Assembly (NCBI GenBank): GCA_034530615.2
Contig: JAVRCV020000039.1
Coordinates: forward strand, 53,863 to 117,862
Reading direction: 5' to 3'
Length of the DNA: 64,000 bases
Origin: Aulosira sp. ZfuVER01
GTDB lineage: Bacteria > Cyanobacteriota > Cyanobacteriia > Cyanobacteriales > Nostocaceae
Below the pieces are notes generated by a model. That model made no database searches, was not told the origin of the DNA, and saw only the letters and a program-made list of their open reading frames with translations. Below, piece by piece: positions 20,385 through 30,226 of this stretch (the first letter of the stretch is position 1; every line of letters begins with the position of its first letter). Position numbers and translations under genes: made by a program.

Positions 20385-21308
20385 ATGGCTGATTCACACA
20401 AGTCAAAATCTGCGACGGCTACACCTGAATTGGATAAAGAGTTATTTGGCAATAACCAATTTTTAGCACAGGTGAAATCTTGGGATTATCAAGTTACTGG
20501 CTTTAAAGACTACGCTACTCAATCTAGTGTCGGAAATACCAGCCCCAGTTACAAAATCAAACTTTGTCAAGGACAACTGCTAGTTAGACAAGCTGAGAAA
20601 CTAGAAGATATTCATCTGTTATCGTACCGCAATGAGCAATTTTTGGCTGAGTGGTTGCAATACTCTCCAGCTGGTTTGGTGCGTATAGATACAGCTTTTG
20701 GTGAGTTAAGACTGAAAACCTGGGCAAATCTATGCAAACGCTTTGGGAAAAGAATATTTTTGCGGATACCGCCATACCAACAACTACCTGAATACTCTAG
20801 CCCAATCCGCTGGTGCTTAAAGCGATCGCTTGACTTGATTACTGCTGCAACTCTATTAATTATACTTAGTCCGCTTTTATTAATGCTGGCGGCGGTAATT
20901 CGCATCAGTTCACCAGAACCAGTAATAACGAAGCAATGCTGCGTAGGCAAACGAGGCAAACTATTTTACCTTTACAACTTTAGCAGCACTTGGGGGGGCT
21001 GGATGGTGAAATACAACTTAGATAAATTACCCCAGTTGTTCAATATCCTTCAAGGTGACATGAGTTTTGTGGGAGGATACCCTAAGACATTGCACGAAGC
21101 CATCAATATCAGCCCACAACAGCAGCAGTTATTAAACACTTTGCCAGGTATTACAGGAGTATGGCAAGTAAAACAGCAATTTAATTTACTGCAAGCCGAC
21201 AAAATTGCTATTGAACAACAGTATTTAAAAAATTGGTCTTTGTGGGAAGATTTAAAAATTATCCTGCTCACAATTACCCAAATATTTTTCGATAAAGCCA
21301 ACTCTTAA
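20385..21308 (+). CDS. HepC-like sugar (phospho)transferase with a degenerate active site
   Basis: HepC-type N-domain (GQLLVR..., VRIDTAFGELRLKTWANLC..KRIFLRIP) followed by a PGT domain (KRSLD, GKRGK, LDKLPQLFNIL, PGITGVWQ). Confidence 0.8.
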   Translation: MADSHKSKSATATPELDKELFGNNQFLAQVKSWDYQVTGFKDYATQSSVGNTSPSYKIKLCQGQLLVRQAEKLEDIHLLSYRNEQFLAEWLQYSPAGLVRIDTAFGELRLKTWANLCKRFGKRIFLRIPPYQQLPEYSSPIRWCLKRSLDLITAATLLIILSPLLLMLAAVIRISSPEPVITKQCCVGKRGKLFYLYNFSSTWGGWMVKYNLDKLPQLFNILQGDMSFVGGYPKTLHEAINISPQQQQLLNTLPGITGVWQVKQQFNLLQADKIAIEQQYLKNWSLWEDLKIILLTITQIFFDKANS

Positions 21309-21327
21309 TTACACCTCTGTACCCACC

Positions 21328-21454
21328 GAAGTTTACTCAACGGGGGGAACCCCCCTTCGGGTGACGCTCCTTCGTCGCTAACGCTGCGCTAACACCACTT
21401 TGCTTATGCCGGGAAAACCTTCCACCGCAAGTGGTTCACCGCACCGCAACTTCT
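21328..21454. repeat. Triply nested small hairpin repeats
   Basis: The outer unit GAAGTTTACTCAACGGGGGGAACCCC..GCACCGCAACTTC contains the unit seen at 61996-62052, which in turn contains GACGCT..ACGCTGCGCTAAC (compare 45387-45414). Confidence 0.65.
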
Positions 21455-21528
21455 ATCTGCGTTCTCTGCGTGAAAAAAATATCGCAAATTTCAATAGAGT
21501 GTTTGCATCCACTACCAAAGATAGCCAG

Positions 21529-22293
21529 ATGAAACTTATCAATGCAATTCACAAAGTTATTCAAAATTTAGGCAACCACCAATTTGGCAAATGTAATATA
21601 TGTGGTAGTCTGACTACTTTTTTATGTATTGATGTTCAAGCAGTCCGCAATAATATGTATTGCCCTTTTTGCCGCAGTTCATCACGCAAAAGGCACGTTG
21701 CTAAAATCATTATTCATGAAGTTATTAAAACTGCCTCTACAATAGCTGAGATTCCCCAAACACAGGCTTTGAGTATTTATAATGCCGATGTCGATGATGC
21801 CTTCTACCAAAAATTACATCATCACGAATTATATACCTGTTCTACATTTTCTCCCGAATTTAAACTGGGTTCGGAAATGCGTCCTGGGGTATTTTGCCAA
21901 AATTTAGAATATTTGACCTTTGCAGATGAAACATTTGATATTGTCATTACTGAAGATGTATTTGAACATGTCAGAAATCACGAACAAGGTTTACGGGAAG
22001 TACACCGGATTTTAAAATCGGGTGGCTACCACATTTTTACAGTACCTTGTAATTTCGATAGAGAAACTATTGTTCGTGTTGATACTTCCGGAAAAGAAGA
22101 TATTCATCTTCTACCGCCAGAATATCATGGAGATAAAATTCGCGGCAAGATTCTGGCTTATCGCACATTTGGGATAGATATTTTTGATTTTCTGAAAAAA
22201 ATCGGTTTTGAAACGAAAGTAGATTTTTCTAATTATCTTGATAGAAAAAATGGCATATTCGATAGCTACGTTTTCTGCTCTCAAAAGGTGTAA
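21529..22293 (+). CDS. Class I SAM-dependent methyltransferase with an N-terminal CxxC..CxxC motif
   Basis: CNIC..CPFC, FDIVITEDVFEHV and LKSGGYHIFTVP. The longer ORF-track start lies in repeat DNA, so the start was set to MKLINA. Confidence 0.8.
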   Translation: MKLINAIHKVIQNLGNHQFGKCNICGSLTTFLCIDVQAVRNNMYCPFCRSSSRKRHVAKIIIHEVIKTASTIAEIPQTQALSIYNADVDDAFYQKLHHHELYTCSTFSPEFKLGSEMRPGVFCQNLEYLTFADETFDIVITEDVFEHVRNHEQGLREVHRILKSGGYHIFTVPCNFDRETIVRVDTSGKEDIHLLPPEYHGDKIRGKILAYRTFGIDIFDFLKKIGFETKVDFSNYLDRKNGIFDSYVFCSQKV

Positions 22294-22298
22294 TTTAA

Positions 22299-23540
22299 AT
22301 GAAATCTTTACTTCTTAGTACTTTTGATATTACTGGAGGCGCAGCGCGTGCAGCTTTTCGTCTTCACCAAGGACTAAGAAAAATAAATATAGATTCCCAA
22401 ATGCTAGTACAGTATAAAACTAGTAGCGATCGCACAGTAATTGGCGCACAAAATAAGCCAGAAAAATGGCTTAATCAGATGCGACCAACTTTAGATAACT
22501 TACCACTAAATTTGTATGTAGGTGATACATCTGGGAAATTTTCGCCCCAATGGTTTCCTGATTTCATTCAATCTAAAATCAAACCCCTATCTCCAGATAT
22601 CATTAATATCCACTGGGCTTGCGGTTATCTCCAGATTGAGACTGTTGCCAAATTTACTCAGCCAGTAGTTTGGACACTGCATGATATGTGGATGTTTACA
22701 GGTGGTTGCTACTATAGTTTAGATTGCGATCGCTATCTGCAATCCTGTGGTGCTTGTGTACAACTTCAAAGCCAAAAACAGCAGGATTTATCGCGGTGGA
22801 TCTGGCAACGCAAAGCTAAAGCATGGCAGCAGCTTAATTGTACAATTGTCACACCGAGTATTTGGTTGGCTGATTGTGCTAAAAAAAGTTCTCTATTGCA
22901 GAACTTTCGCATAGAAGTTATTCCCAACGGTTTAGATCTTCAAAGATACAAACCGATAGAAAGAAAAATAGCACGAGAATGGTTAAATCTACCCCAAGAT
23001 AAGCAACTACTAATATTTGGTGCAGCCTCAACCAATCACCCAAGGAAAGGTTTTCACCTTTTATTATCAGCGCTACAAAATTTACAGCAAGCTGGATATC
23101 AAGACAAGATTGAATTAGTTGTCTTTGGTTCATCTCCACCCGACGAACAGAAAAATTTAGGCTTTAAGTTGCATTACTTAGGCAACCTCAATGATGATAT
23201 AACCTTGGCGCTAGTATATGCAGCCGGAGATATTTTTGTCGCCCCATCCTTGCAAGATAACTTACCAAACACCGTCATGGAAGCGCTAAGTTGCGGTACT
23301 CCCTGCGTCGCTTTCAACATTGGCGGTATGTCCGATATGATTGAACACCAGCAAAATGGCTACCTTGCGCAACCCTTTGAAGTAGAAAGCTTGGTGCATG
23401 GTATTGCGTGGATTTTAGCAGATAGCGATCGCCTACAACGCCTCAGACAACGCGCCCGTGAAAAAGCCGAACAAGAATTCTCCCAAGATTTGCAAGCACA
23501 ACGTTACTCTCATCTATTTAGTGAGATGCTTAATAAGTAA
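22299..23540 (+). CDS. Family 4 glycosyltransferase (WcaC-like)
   Basis: GGAARAAFRLH, WTLHDMW and PSLQDNLPNTVMEALSCGTP motifs. Confidence 0.9.
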   Translation: MKSLLLSTFDITGGAARAAFRLHQGLRKINIDSQMLVQYKTSSDRTVIGAQNKPEKWLNQMRPTLDNLPLNLYVGDTSGKFSPQWFPDFIQSKIKPLSPDIINIHWACGYLQIETVAKFTQPVVWTLHDMWMFTGGCYYSLDCDRYLQSCGACVQLQSQKQQDLSRWIWQRKAKAWQQLNCTIVTPSIWLADCAKKSSLLQNFRIEVIPNGLDLQRYKPIERKIAREWLNLPQDKQLLIFGAASTNHPRKGFHLLLSALQNLQQAGYQDKIELVVFGSSPPDEQKNLGFKLHYLGNLNDDITLALVYAAGDIFVAPSLQDNLPNTVMEALSCGTPCVAFNIGGMSDMIEHQQNGYLAQPFEVESLVHGIAWILADSDRLQRLRQRAREKAEQEFSQDLQAQRYSHLFSEMLNK

Positions 23541-23600
23541 AACTCACAGCTATACCAACACTAAACTCAGCATCTAAAATCAAATCATAGAGAGGATATC

Positions 23601-24743
23601 TTGAATATCAACACCAACATAACCAAGACAGAAACCAACTATTTCTTCTATAGCTTAGTTTTTTATAGCATAGCAGTGTTATATCTGATTCCCTATGACT
23701 TAAAACTGCCATACGCTAAGTTTTGCTTACCTTTACTGACAATTATTTTAATTCTCCAACTCTGTTATTACAAAAGTAAGTTACTAATTACCGATATTTT
23801 AGCTGTATGTCTTGTCCTATTAGTAACGTTCTTAAATTTTTCTACATATCAGCTATTTCGCTATAGTTTACCTATCTGTTTAATTGCCATCTGTTTTAGT
23901 GGTAGCCCTCAAATTCGGATCAAACGCAGCTATTTAATTGGTTTATGTTGGTGCGCTACTGTGGCGATGATTTACCAAATGGTATTTTATAGACGGTTAG
24001 AATTTGACGGTAGCCAAAGAATTGCTTTAAGCAATGGCGATCCTAATGTTTCTGGCTTATTTATGCTCGTTTTCTTCTTTTTATGCGTAAAAATTAAATT
24101 TACACCAGGTATTATTTTAGGTTTAGTGTCTACAGTTTTATTCGCTAGCCGTAATTATTTTCTCACTTTATGTATATTCTTCATTTTAACTTTTTTAGAA
24201 AAACCATTATCAAGAATAGTAAATATAATTAATATTTCTGTAATTTTTATCATTTCCAATTTATTTGGTTTACTTATAGGAGAGTTTTTTTTAAACACTG
24301 TAGAAGTTGGATTTACTTATGATACAAGTGTAAATCGCTTATTTTCTTTCAATGACCAATCCAACTTATTTAGATTTGAAGCAAATCGATTTTTAATTAA
24401 TTCTTACGCTAACAATTTAGATTTAGCATTAAAAGGCTATGGTGAAAACTACGAACCTGTATTCAGGCCAATTGGCGCGATTATCCATAACTCTTTTCTA
24501 GAAGTAATGGCATATACTGGTATTCCTCTGGGAATTCTTTACTTCTACATCTTTTTAAAAGTAGTTAGTGGCTACTGTACTCAAGAGAACTTGAAATTTA
24601 TTTTGTCCTACCTATTTTTTTGCTTATTCCTACATACTGGACTTCAAGGAATTGCACCCTTACTCTTTATCAGTATCTTAGCCATGTCTGTTGATAATGA
24701 GAAACAAAATAGAATATCATTATTTAATAGGCTTGGATATTGA
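23601..24743 (+). CDS. Multi-pass membrane protein, probable Wzy polymerase / O-antigen ligase-like
   Basis: Many TM segments, DPN, ASRNY and IHNSFLEV motifs, AT-rich, inside a GT operon. Confidence 0.65.
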   Translation: MNINTNITKTETNYFFYSLVFYSIAVLYLIPYDLKLPYAKFCLPLLTIILILQLCYYKSKLLITDILAVCLVLLVTFLNFSTYQLFRYSLPICLIAICFSGSPQIRIKRSYLIGLCWCATVAMIYQMVFYRRLEFDGSQRIALSNGDPNVSGLFMLVFFFLCVKIKFTPGIILGLVSTVLFASRNYFLTLCIFFILTFLEKPLSRIVNIINISVIFIISNLFGLLIGEFFLNTVEVGFTYDTSVNRLFSFNDQSNLFRFEANRFLINSYANNLDLALKGYGENYEPVFRPIGAIIHNSFLEVMAYTGIPLGILYFYIFLKVVSGYCTQENLKFILSYLFFCLFLHTGLQGIAPLLFISILAMSVDNEKQNRISLFNRLGY

Positions 24744-24744
24744 G

Positions 24745-25593
24745 ATGAAAATTACTGTAATCACTCCCAGTTTTAATTCGGAAAGAACTATTGAAAAGAC
24801 AATACTGAGTGTGATTTCTCAAAAAAATAATTCATCGATAGAATATATCATCATTGATGGAGGTTCTACAGATAGCACTTGTGAAATAATCAAAAAATAT
24901 TTAGAGAAGATAGATTTATTTATTTCTGAGCCTGACTCTGGGGCTTATGATGCCATGAACAAAGGAGTTAGCCGTGGCACAGGCGACATTATTGGCATTA
25001 TTAACTCTGATGATTGGTATCATGAGAATACAATTAAAATAGTAGAAACTGAATTTAGTAAAAATCCAGATATTGATATACTTTATGCACCTGTAGATAA
25101 CTATTTCTCTGGAAAGTATATTGCCACATTTCTTCCTGGGAGTTTAAATAAGTTACCCATCAGGTTTACATTAAACCATCCTAGCTGTTTTATTAAAAAA
25201 ACAGCTTATGATTTAGTCGGATTGTACGATTTACGATATAAAATTACCGCAGATTACGACTTAATTTTGCGTTTATATTTGTCTAATCTTAAGTTCCACT
25301 TTGTTAATATTCCCCTGGCTGCTTATTCACTTAATGGAATGAGTTCCTCTACTAAACCTTGGGATAGAGCCAAATTAATTAGAGAATCTTGGTTAATTAG
25401 TAGCAAAGCAGCGTTACACTTAGGCGGGGACTTCAAACTACAACAGATACAAGCTTATATAATATGGATATTTCATGAGTTATTTGCAATTCCTGCCCGA
25501 TATTTTCTCAAGCCACCCTTAGCAAGAAAGGTAAAAAAATTCATCAATACATACATCAAAAGCCCCATTGCTGATGAATACGGTAAGTGGTAG
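24745..25593 (+). CDS. Family 2 glycosyltransferase
   Basis: MKITVITPSFNS, IIDGGSTD, GAYDAMNKG and INSDD motifs. Start set at ATG 24745. Confidence 0.88.
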   Translation: MKITVITPSFNSERTIEKTILSVISQKNNSSIEYIIIDGGSTDSTCEIIKKYLEKIDLFISEPDSGAYDAMNKGVSRGTGDIIGIINSDDWYHENTIKIVETEFSKNPDIDILYAPVDNYFSGKYIATFLPGSLNKLPIRFTLNHPSCFIKKTAYDLVGLYDLRYKITADYDLILRLYLSNLKFHFVNIPLAAYSLNGMSSSTKPWDRAKLIRESWLISSKAALHLGGDFKLQQIQAYIIWIFHELFAIPARYFLKPPLARKVKKFINTYIKSPIADEYGKW

Positions 25594-25600
25594 TTAATTT

Positions 25601-26695
25601 ATGCCAAGAATTTTGTTTCTCTGTGCCCATGCTCCCACAGAACGCTATCCTCAAGCTGGGCAAAAGATAGCATTGAGACATCTTGAAAACTATATTACTA
25701 CTGGGGCGAGTATTGATGTGGTAGTTATTGCTAATCAAGCAGAAATCACTGCTGCTACAGACTTATTTTCCTTAGTTAATATTAACCTTTATACCTATCC
25801 AATTCAAAAAATCGATAAAATTATTAGTTGCTTGGCTAATTTTTATACTCCCTTGAAATTTGCTACTCGTTGGCAAAATGTAGTATTAGACAAATTACTA
25901 GAATTGATACAAAACAATCACTATGATTTAATTCATTTTGAATATCCCCATGCTGCTGTTTACCTTGAATATATAAAACAGCTAACTAGCTCACAGTCAA
26001 CTAAAATTATAATTAGCATACATGACATTATTTTTCAATCTTTTTTAAGAAAAGCAGAGAATAATCTAATTTTTGGCATAGAAGCAGCTAGATTATTTCA
26101 TTATGAAAGAAGCTTATATTCTGCTGTAAATGAACTATGGGTCTTGTCTAAAAAAGACCGCGATATTCTCAATTCTTTATTTGGCATCCCTGAAACTAGA
26201 ATTTTTATTAAACCACCTAAACTCAGTAATTTTGTTTATCAAGTCCAGCGTCATTCAGCCAAAATTGAAAACAAGAGTCTGCTATTTTGGGCAGCAATGA
26301 ATAGACCAGAGAATGAACAAGCAATTCTTATATTTATCAATAGATGTTTTAAAGTTTTGCAGCAGCAATATCCAAAATTCAAACTTTATATTGTTGGTGC
26401 TAGTCCCTCTAAAAAAGTTTTAGCATTAGCCAGCCAGCAGATTATTGTCACAGGTTTTGTAGAAGACCCTACTCCATATTTTGAGAAAGCAGAGATAGGC
26501 ATTGTACCTTTATTACAAGGGGCTGGTATTAAGTTAAAAACTCTAGAAATGTTGGAGGCTGGCTTACCTGTAATTGCTACTACGGTAGGATCTGAAGGAG
26601 TAGACACTACAGCTAATAATTTACTGGTAAATGATAACTTTGATGAATGGTTAAGTTTGCTGATAAATTCTGAATTATGGAAGCAAAATTTATAA
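25601..26695 (+). CDS. Family 4 glycosyltransferase
   Basis: VTGFVED and PLLQGAGIKLKTLEMLEAGLPVIATTVGSEG motifs. Confidence 0.85.
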   Translation: MPRILFLCAHAPTERYPQAGQKIALRHLENYITTGASIDVVVIANQAEITAATDLFSLVNINLYTYPIQKIDKIISCLANFYTPLKFATRWQNVVLDKLLELIQNNHYDLIHFEYPHAAVYLEYIKQLTSSQSTKIIISIHDIIFQSFLRKAENNLIFGIEAARLFHYERSLYSAVNELWVLSKKDRDILNSLFGIPETRIFIKPPKLSNFVYQVQRHSAKIENKSLLFWAAMNRPENEQAILIFINRCFKVLQQQYPKFKLYIVGASPSKKVLALASQQIIVTGFVEDPTPYFEKAEIGIVPLLQGAGIKLKTLEMLEAGLPVIATTVGSEGVDTTANNLLVNDNFDEWLSLLINSELWKQNL

Positions 26696-26864
26696 TCATA
26701 CATCTGATAAATTTGTGAGTTGACGAGTTACAGTGACATTTTCATCCAAGCTAATAATATCTCTCCAATTGTTACTAGTAATAAATATAAAGTAAAAAAA
26801 TTTCTTGGAAACTTTTACCTTTAAAATCGCTAAAATCAAAATGTTTACTTATTTATGCTTAGTT

Positions 26865-27236
26865 GTGGCTACTGTATCTTGTCCCCGTTGTCATCAAGCC
26901 GTCAATGGTCAAGCTATCACTTGTCCTTATTGCCGCACGACTCTCAAAGCTTACGGTCATCCTGGTATTCCATTGCACCGTGCTAGCAAAGATGAGTATC
27001 TGTGCGATAGTTGCACCTATCACGCTGACGATACTTGCAATTTTCCCCAACGTCCCTACGCTAAAGATTGCACTCTTTACCAAAATATTGAAGAGAGTAA
27101 AATACAGTCACAACAGCAGCTTGCTCATCAAAGCTTTGGTGTAACTGTGAAAAGTTGGATAAAACGCAATCAAGCCTTGCTGTTATTACTAGGTTTAATA
27201 TTCATCTGTTTACTCATTGCGCTATCAACATCCTAA
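26865..27236 (+). CDS. Zinc-ribbon domain membrane-anchored protein
   Basis: CPRC..CPYC and CDSC..C..C motifs, C-terminal TM segment. GTG start inferred. Confidence 0.75.
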   Translation: MATVSCPRCHQAVNGQAITCPYCRTTLKAYGHPGIPLHRASKDEYLCDSCTYHADDTCNFPQRPYAKDCTLYQNIEESKIQSQQQLAHQSFGVTVKSWIKRNQALLLLLGLIFICLLIALSTS

Positions 27237-27242
27237 ACAAAT

Positions 27243-28415
27243 TTATGAAACTAATTTAATTTTATTGGCTGCTCTGGTTGCTTTTTCTCTGGCCTCTTGC
27301 ACATTTCCACCTTTAGCTAAAGCTACTCCCATGCGTCGATAAGGATGAGAACTCGGTTTACCAAATAGCCGGATATCTACATCTTTTTCGGATAAAGCTT
27401 CTGCTACACCCGTAAAGGCAATAGAATCTGATTTGTCTGAGGCTAAAATTACCGCACTAGCTGATGGACCAAATTGTTCTATATTAGGAATAGGTAAGCC
27501 TAAAACGGCTCTTAAATGTAGTTCAAACTCATTGAGATTTTGTGAGATTAATGTCACCATTCCTGTATCGTGGGGTCTGGGAGAAAGTTCCGAAAAAATG
27601 ACTTCATCTTTGGTAATAAAAAACTCAACGCCAAAAATTCCGGCTCCTCCTAAAGCATCAGTGACTTTTGTAGCAATTTCTTGAGCTTCTAATATTTTGG
27701 CTTCAGAAATACTTGCTGGTTGCCAAGATTCTTGATAGTCTCCTCGTTCTTGGCGATGGCCAATAGGCGCACAGAAAATTGTCGGTGCATTCCACTGTTT
27801 AATTGTGAGTAAAGTAATCTCAATTTCAAAGTCAATAAATTCTTCAACAATTACCTTTTGAGTATCTCCGCGAGAATTAGCGATCGCATAATTCCAAGCC
27901 TGCTCAACCTCATCTTTATTATGCACTACAGACTGACCTTTACCAGAGGATGACATCACAGGTTTCAACACATTAGGAAACCCAATTAAATCAGAGGCTA
28001 CTATCAACTCTTCTAGACTATTTGCATAACCATACCTAGCAGTTCTTATAGATAATTCCTGATTTGCTAAGTCCCGAATTCTGTCACGATTCATTGTATA
28101 GTTAGTTGCCGCAGCAGTGGGAATAACTATAATTCCTCGTTGTTCAAATTCTACAAGTTTTGCGGTTCTGATCGCTTCAATTTCTGGTACGATCAAATCA
28201 GGTTGATGCTTGCTAACAATAGCTTCTAAATCTTCAGCGCTGAGCATAGAAATTACTTCCGAGCAATCAGCAACTTGCATCGCTGGTGCATTAGGATAGC
28301 GATCGACAGCAATTACATAATTACCCAGGCGTTGAGCAGCAATTACAAACTCCTTGCCCAATTCTCCTGCACCCAATAGCATCAATTTTTTAGGTAATTT
28401 AATTGAATTATTCAT
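27243..28415 (-). CDS. purT: Formate-dependent phosphoribosylglycinamide formyltransferase
   Basis: [30 protein letters not shown] and RRMGVALA motifs. Confidence 0.96.
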   Translation of the reverse strand: MNNSIKLPKKLMLLGAGELGKEFVIAAQRLGNYVIAVDRYPNAPAMQVADCSEVISMLSAEDLEAIVSKHQPDLIVPEIEAIRTAKLVEFEQRGIIVIPTAAATNYTMNRDRIRDLANQELSIRTARYGYANSLEELIVASDLIGFPNVLKPVMSSSGKGQSVVHNKDEVEQAWNYAIANSRGDTQKVIVEEFIDFEIEITLLTIKQWNAPTIFCAPIGHRQERGDYQESWQPASISEAKILEAQEIATKVTDALGGAGIFGVEFFITKDEVIFSELSPRPHDTGMVTLISQNLNEFELHLRAVLGLPIPNIEQFGPSASAVILASDKSDSIAFTGVAEALSEKDVDIRLFGKPSSHPYRRMGVALAKGGNVQEAREKATRAANKIKLVS

Positions 28416-28436
28416 AAATCTGATAATATTTGACGT

Positions 28437-28934
28437 TTAATTATCATCTGCTGAAGTGCTAAACCTAGCACCACGCAGTTGTAAATCTTTACGTTGTTGA
28501 TGAGATAAACCAGTACCCATGCCTAACTGACATTCATCTACTAGTGCATCTAACCAAATAGTCTCATTTAACGTTGCACCCCTTAAATCTGCATTTCTTA
28601 AGTCGGCTTTAGTAAAATTTGCAAATAGCAGGTCTGCATTGACTAAACTGCTACCTTGCAGGTTTACCCCCGATAAATTACCGCGAATCAAATTTACAGC
28701 ATCTAAATTTAAACCAGATAAATCTGCACCGCTTAAATTAGGAAACTTGAGTTGACGGGGATTATTTAAAAACCTGATTATACAAATAATATTCGCTTCA
28801 TTCAGACGAATTTGAGTTAAAAAACTATACCGAGCTATTCCCAATTGCTGGAGAATTTGCAGACGTTGTACTGGAGTTTGTTCTAAAAATTGAATAGCGC
28901 GATCGCGTAACTCTTGAGTTGGGAGATTGAGCAT
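28437..28934 (-). CDS. Pentapeptide repeat protein
   Basis: A(D/N)LxG-type repeats ([12 protein letters not shown]...[13 protein letters not shown]). Confidence 0.9.
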   Translation of the reverse strand: MLNLPTQELRDRAIQFLEQTPVQRLQILQQLGIARYSFLTQIRLNEANIICIIRFLNNPRQLKFPNLSGADLSGLNLDAVNLIRGNLSGVNLQGSSLVNADLLFANFTKADLRNADLRGATLNETIWLDALVDECQLGMGTGLSHQQRKDLQLRGARFSTSADDN

Positions 28935-29037
28935 AATTAGATAAATATCAATGATATATTTTCTTTCAAGAATTTACGGCAAAAATCTTAACGCTGAGAT
29001 GGAATAGAATGAAAGGGGTATTAAGTGAGTACATTAA

Positions 29038-29214
29038 ATACCAACTGATGCCCAATTGAGAGGTCTATACCGTCTCAGCTATCGATTAACATATATTATG
29101 TTCCAGCCTATACACCTCGTCTGTATTGATGAACGAACACGCAACTTGTATATTTTAGCTGGAAATACTGAAAATCTTGAGATCCAAATTACAGCAGAAG
29201 CGGAGGTATGTTGA
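29038..29214 (+). CDS. DUF6888-like small protein with an apparent ATA start
   Basis: Not in the ORF track. (M)PTDAQLRGLYRLSYRLTYIMFQPIHLVCIDERTRNLYILAGNTENLEIQITAEAEVC*. An in-frame TAA directly precedes ATA. TGATG overlap with the next gene. Confidence 0.6.
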   Translation: MPTDAQLRGLYRLSYRLTYIMFQPIHLVCIDERTRNLYILAGNTENLEIQITAEAEVC

Positions 29215-29426
29215 TGAGTCAGATCAATTATGCTGCTATGTCTGACAAGGAATTGAAACAATATTTTCTACAACACCGTGAAGATAAAATCGCCCTCCAA
29301 ACTTATTTAGATAGGCTTAGTACACGCCCACGCGAGATGATTACGACTGTAGACGAGCCGGACTTTGATGCCAAAATGCAAGCAGCTATTCTTAGAAAAA
29401 TCGAAACAGTAGAAGATAATGAGTAG
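29214..29426 (+). CDS. DUF6887-like small protein
   Basis: MSQINYAAMSDKELKQYFLQHREDKIALQTYLDRL pattern. GGAGG lies upstream. An alternative ATG is at 29208. Confidence 0.7.
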   Translation: MSQINYAAMSDKELKQYFLQHREDKIALQTYLDRLSTRPREMITTVDEPDFDAKMQAAILRKIETVEDNE

Positions 29427-29457
29427 ATAACAGGCTAATAATATAAACGAGTCAAAG

Positions 29458-29772
29458 CTACCCTATCTGTGCAATAACTGTGCCAATTTCTTGAGGAGTT
29501 GCACCTGTCGCTAACATTGCCCGAATTAAAAGTTCAATGGAAACAGAAGCATCTCCATTTTCTGCTTTAGCAATCCGAGGCTGGCTTAAATAAAGTTTCT
29601 CTGCTAATTCTGTTTGAGTCATTAATTTTTGTCGTCGCTCTTTTAAGTTGCGGCTAAGTGCGAGTTTAATCTCAATGAGAGTAGCTTCTTCTGTTGTTAG
29701 TTATAAAAATTCTGAAACAGTTCCAACTTTCCAGCCTTTTTCTTCTAAATGTTTTCTTTTGACTTCATCCAT
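29458..29772 (-). pseudogene. XRE/HTH antitoxin (HigA-like) with a premature stop
   Basis: MDEVKRKHLEEKGWKVGTVSEFL*LTTEEATLIEIKLALSRNLKERRQKLMTQTELAEKLYLSQPRIAKAENGDASVSIELLIRAMLATGA...; TAA at 29701-29703. Confidence 0.85.
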
Positions 29773-29776
29773 AATA

Positions 29777-29833
29777 TTAATCCTGTGAGTCCCGATCCTA
29801 CCTACTAAGCCGTTTTTTGCTGTTGTCTATTAT
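29777..29833 (-). pseudogene. 3' remnant of the cognate RelE/HigB-like toxin
   Basis: IIDNSKKRLSR*DRDSQD* ends 4 bp before the antitoxin ATG and resembles the usual toxin C-terminus. Confidence 0.45.
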
Positions 29834-29883
29834 GCTACTTCGTTTTGGGCTTATTGTTTTATCTGCTTTCCCTGTGGTTTATA

Positions 29884-29912
29884 GTGCCATTTTGGCACCA
29901 CTGAGCTAAAAT
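29884..29912 (+). promoter_or_regulatory. Putative TA operator palindrome and -10 box
   Basis: GTGCCA-TTT-TGGCAC (29884-29898) followed by TAAAAT, upstream of the DUF1778 antitoxin. Confidence 0.55.
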
Positions 29913-29938
29913 TAAGAGAACACAAGGCTTAATTCTCC

Positions 29939-30226
29939 ATGTCTAACAGACACGAAAATACAGTTAGGATAACAGCCAGAGTTCCTGTGAAGATTCAAGA
30001 AACTCTACAAAAAGCGGCAGAATTATCGGGTGCTACCTTGAATCAGTTTATGATTCAGGCGGCGTTGAAAGAAGCAAAAAAACTGATAGAAGATGAACGA
30101 GTTATTATTTTGTCACAAACTGATGCTGATACGGTATTTAGCCTGATTGAGAATCCTCCTGTAGCAAATGCAAATTTAAAAGCAGCTTTAAAAAAGCACA
30201 AGGAATTTTTTAGTGAGAGCCATTGA
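29939..30226 (+). CDS. DUF1778 (TacA/AtaR-like RHH) antitoxin
   Basis: RITARVP..LQKAAELSGATLNQFMIQAAL..IENPP pattern. Overlaps the GNAT gene. Confidence 0.88.
   Translation: MSNRHENTVRITARVPVKIQETLQKAAELSGATLNQFMIQAALKEAKKLIEDERVIILSQTDADTVFSLIENPPVANANLKAALKKHKEFFSESH

Noticed and set aside
23433..27879. HIP1-free gap as proof of horizontal transfer
   Set aside because: A similar-sized gap occurs inside the native-looking A2M gene (about 47.8-51.8 kb), so the gap alone is not diagnostic.
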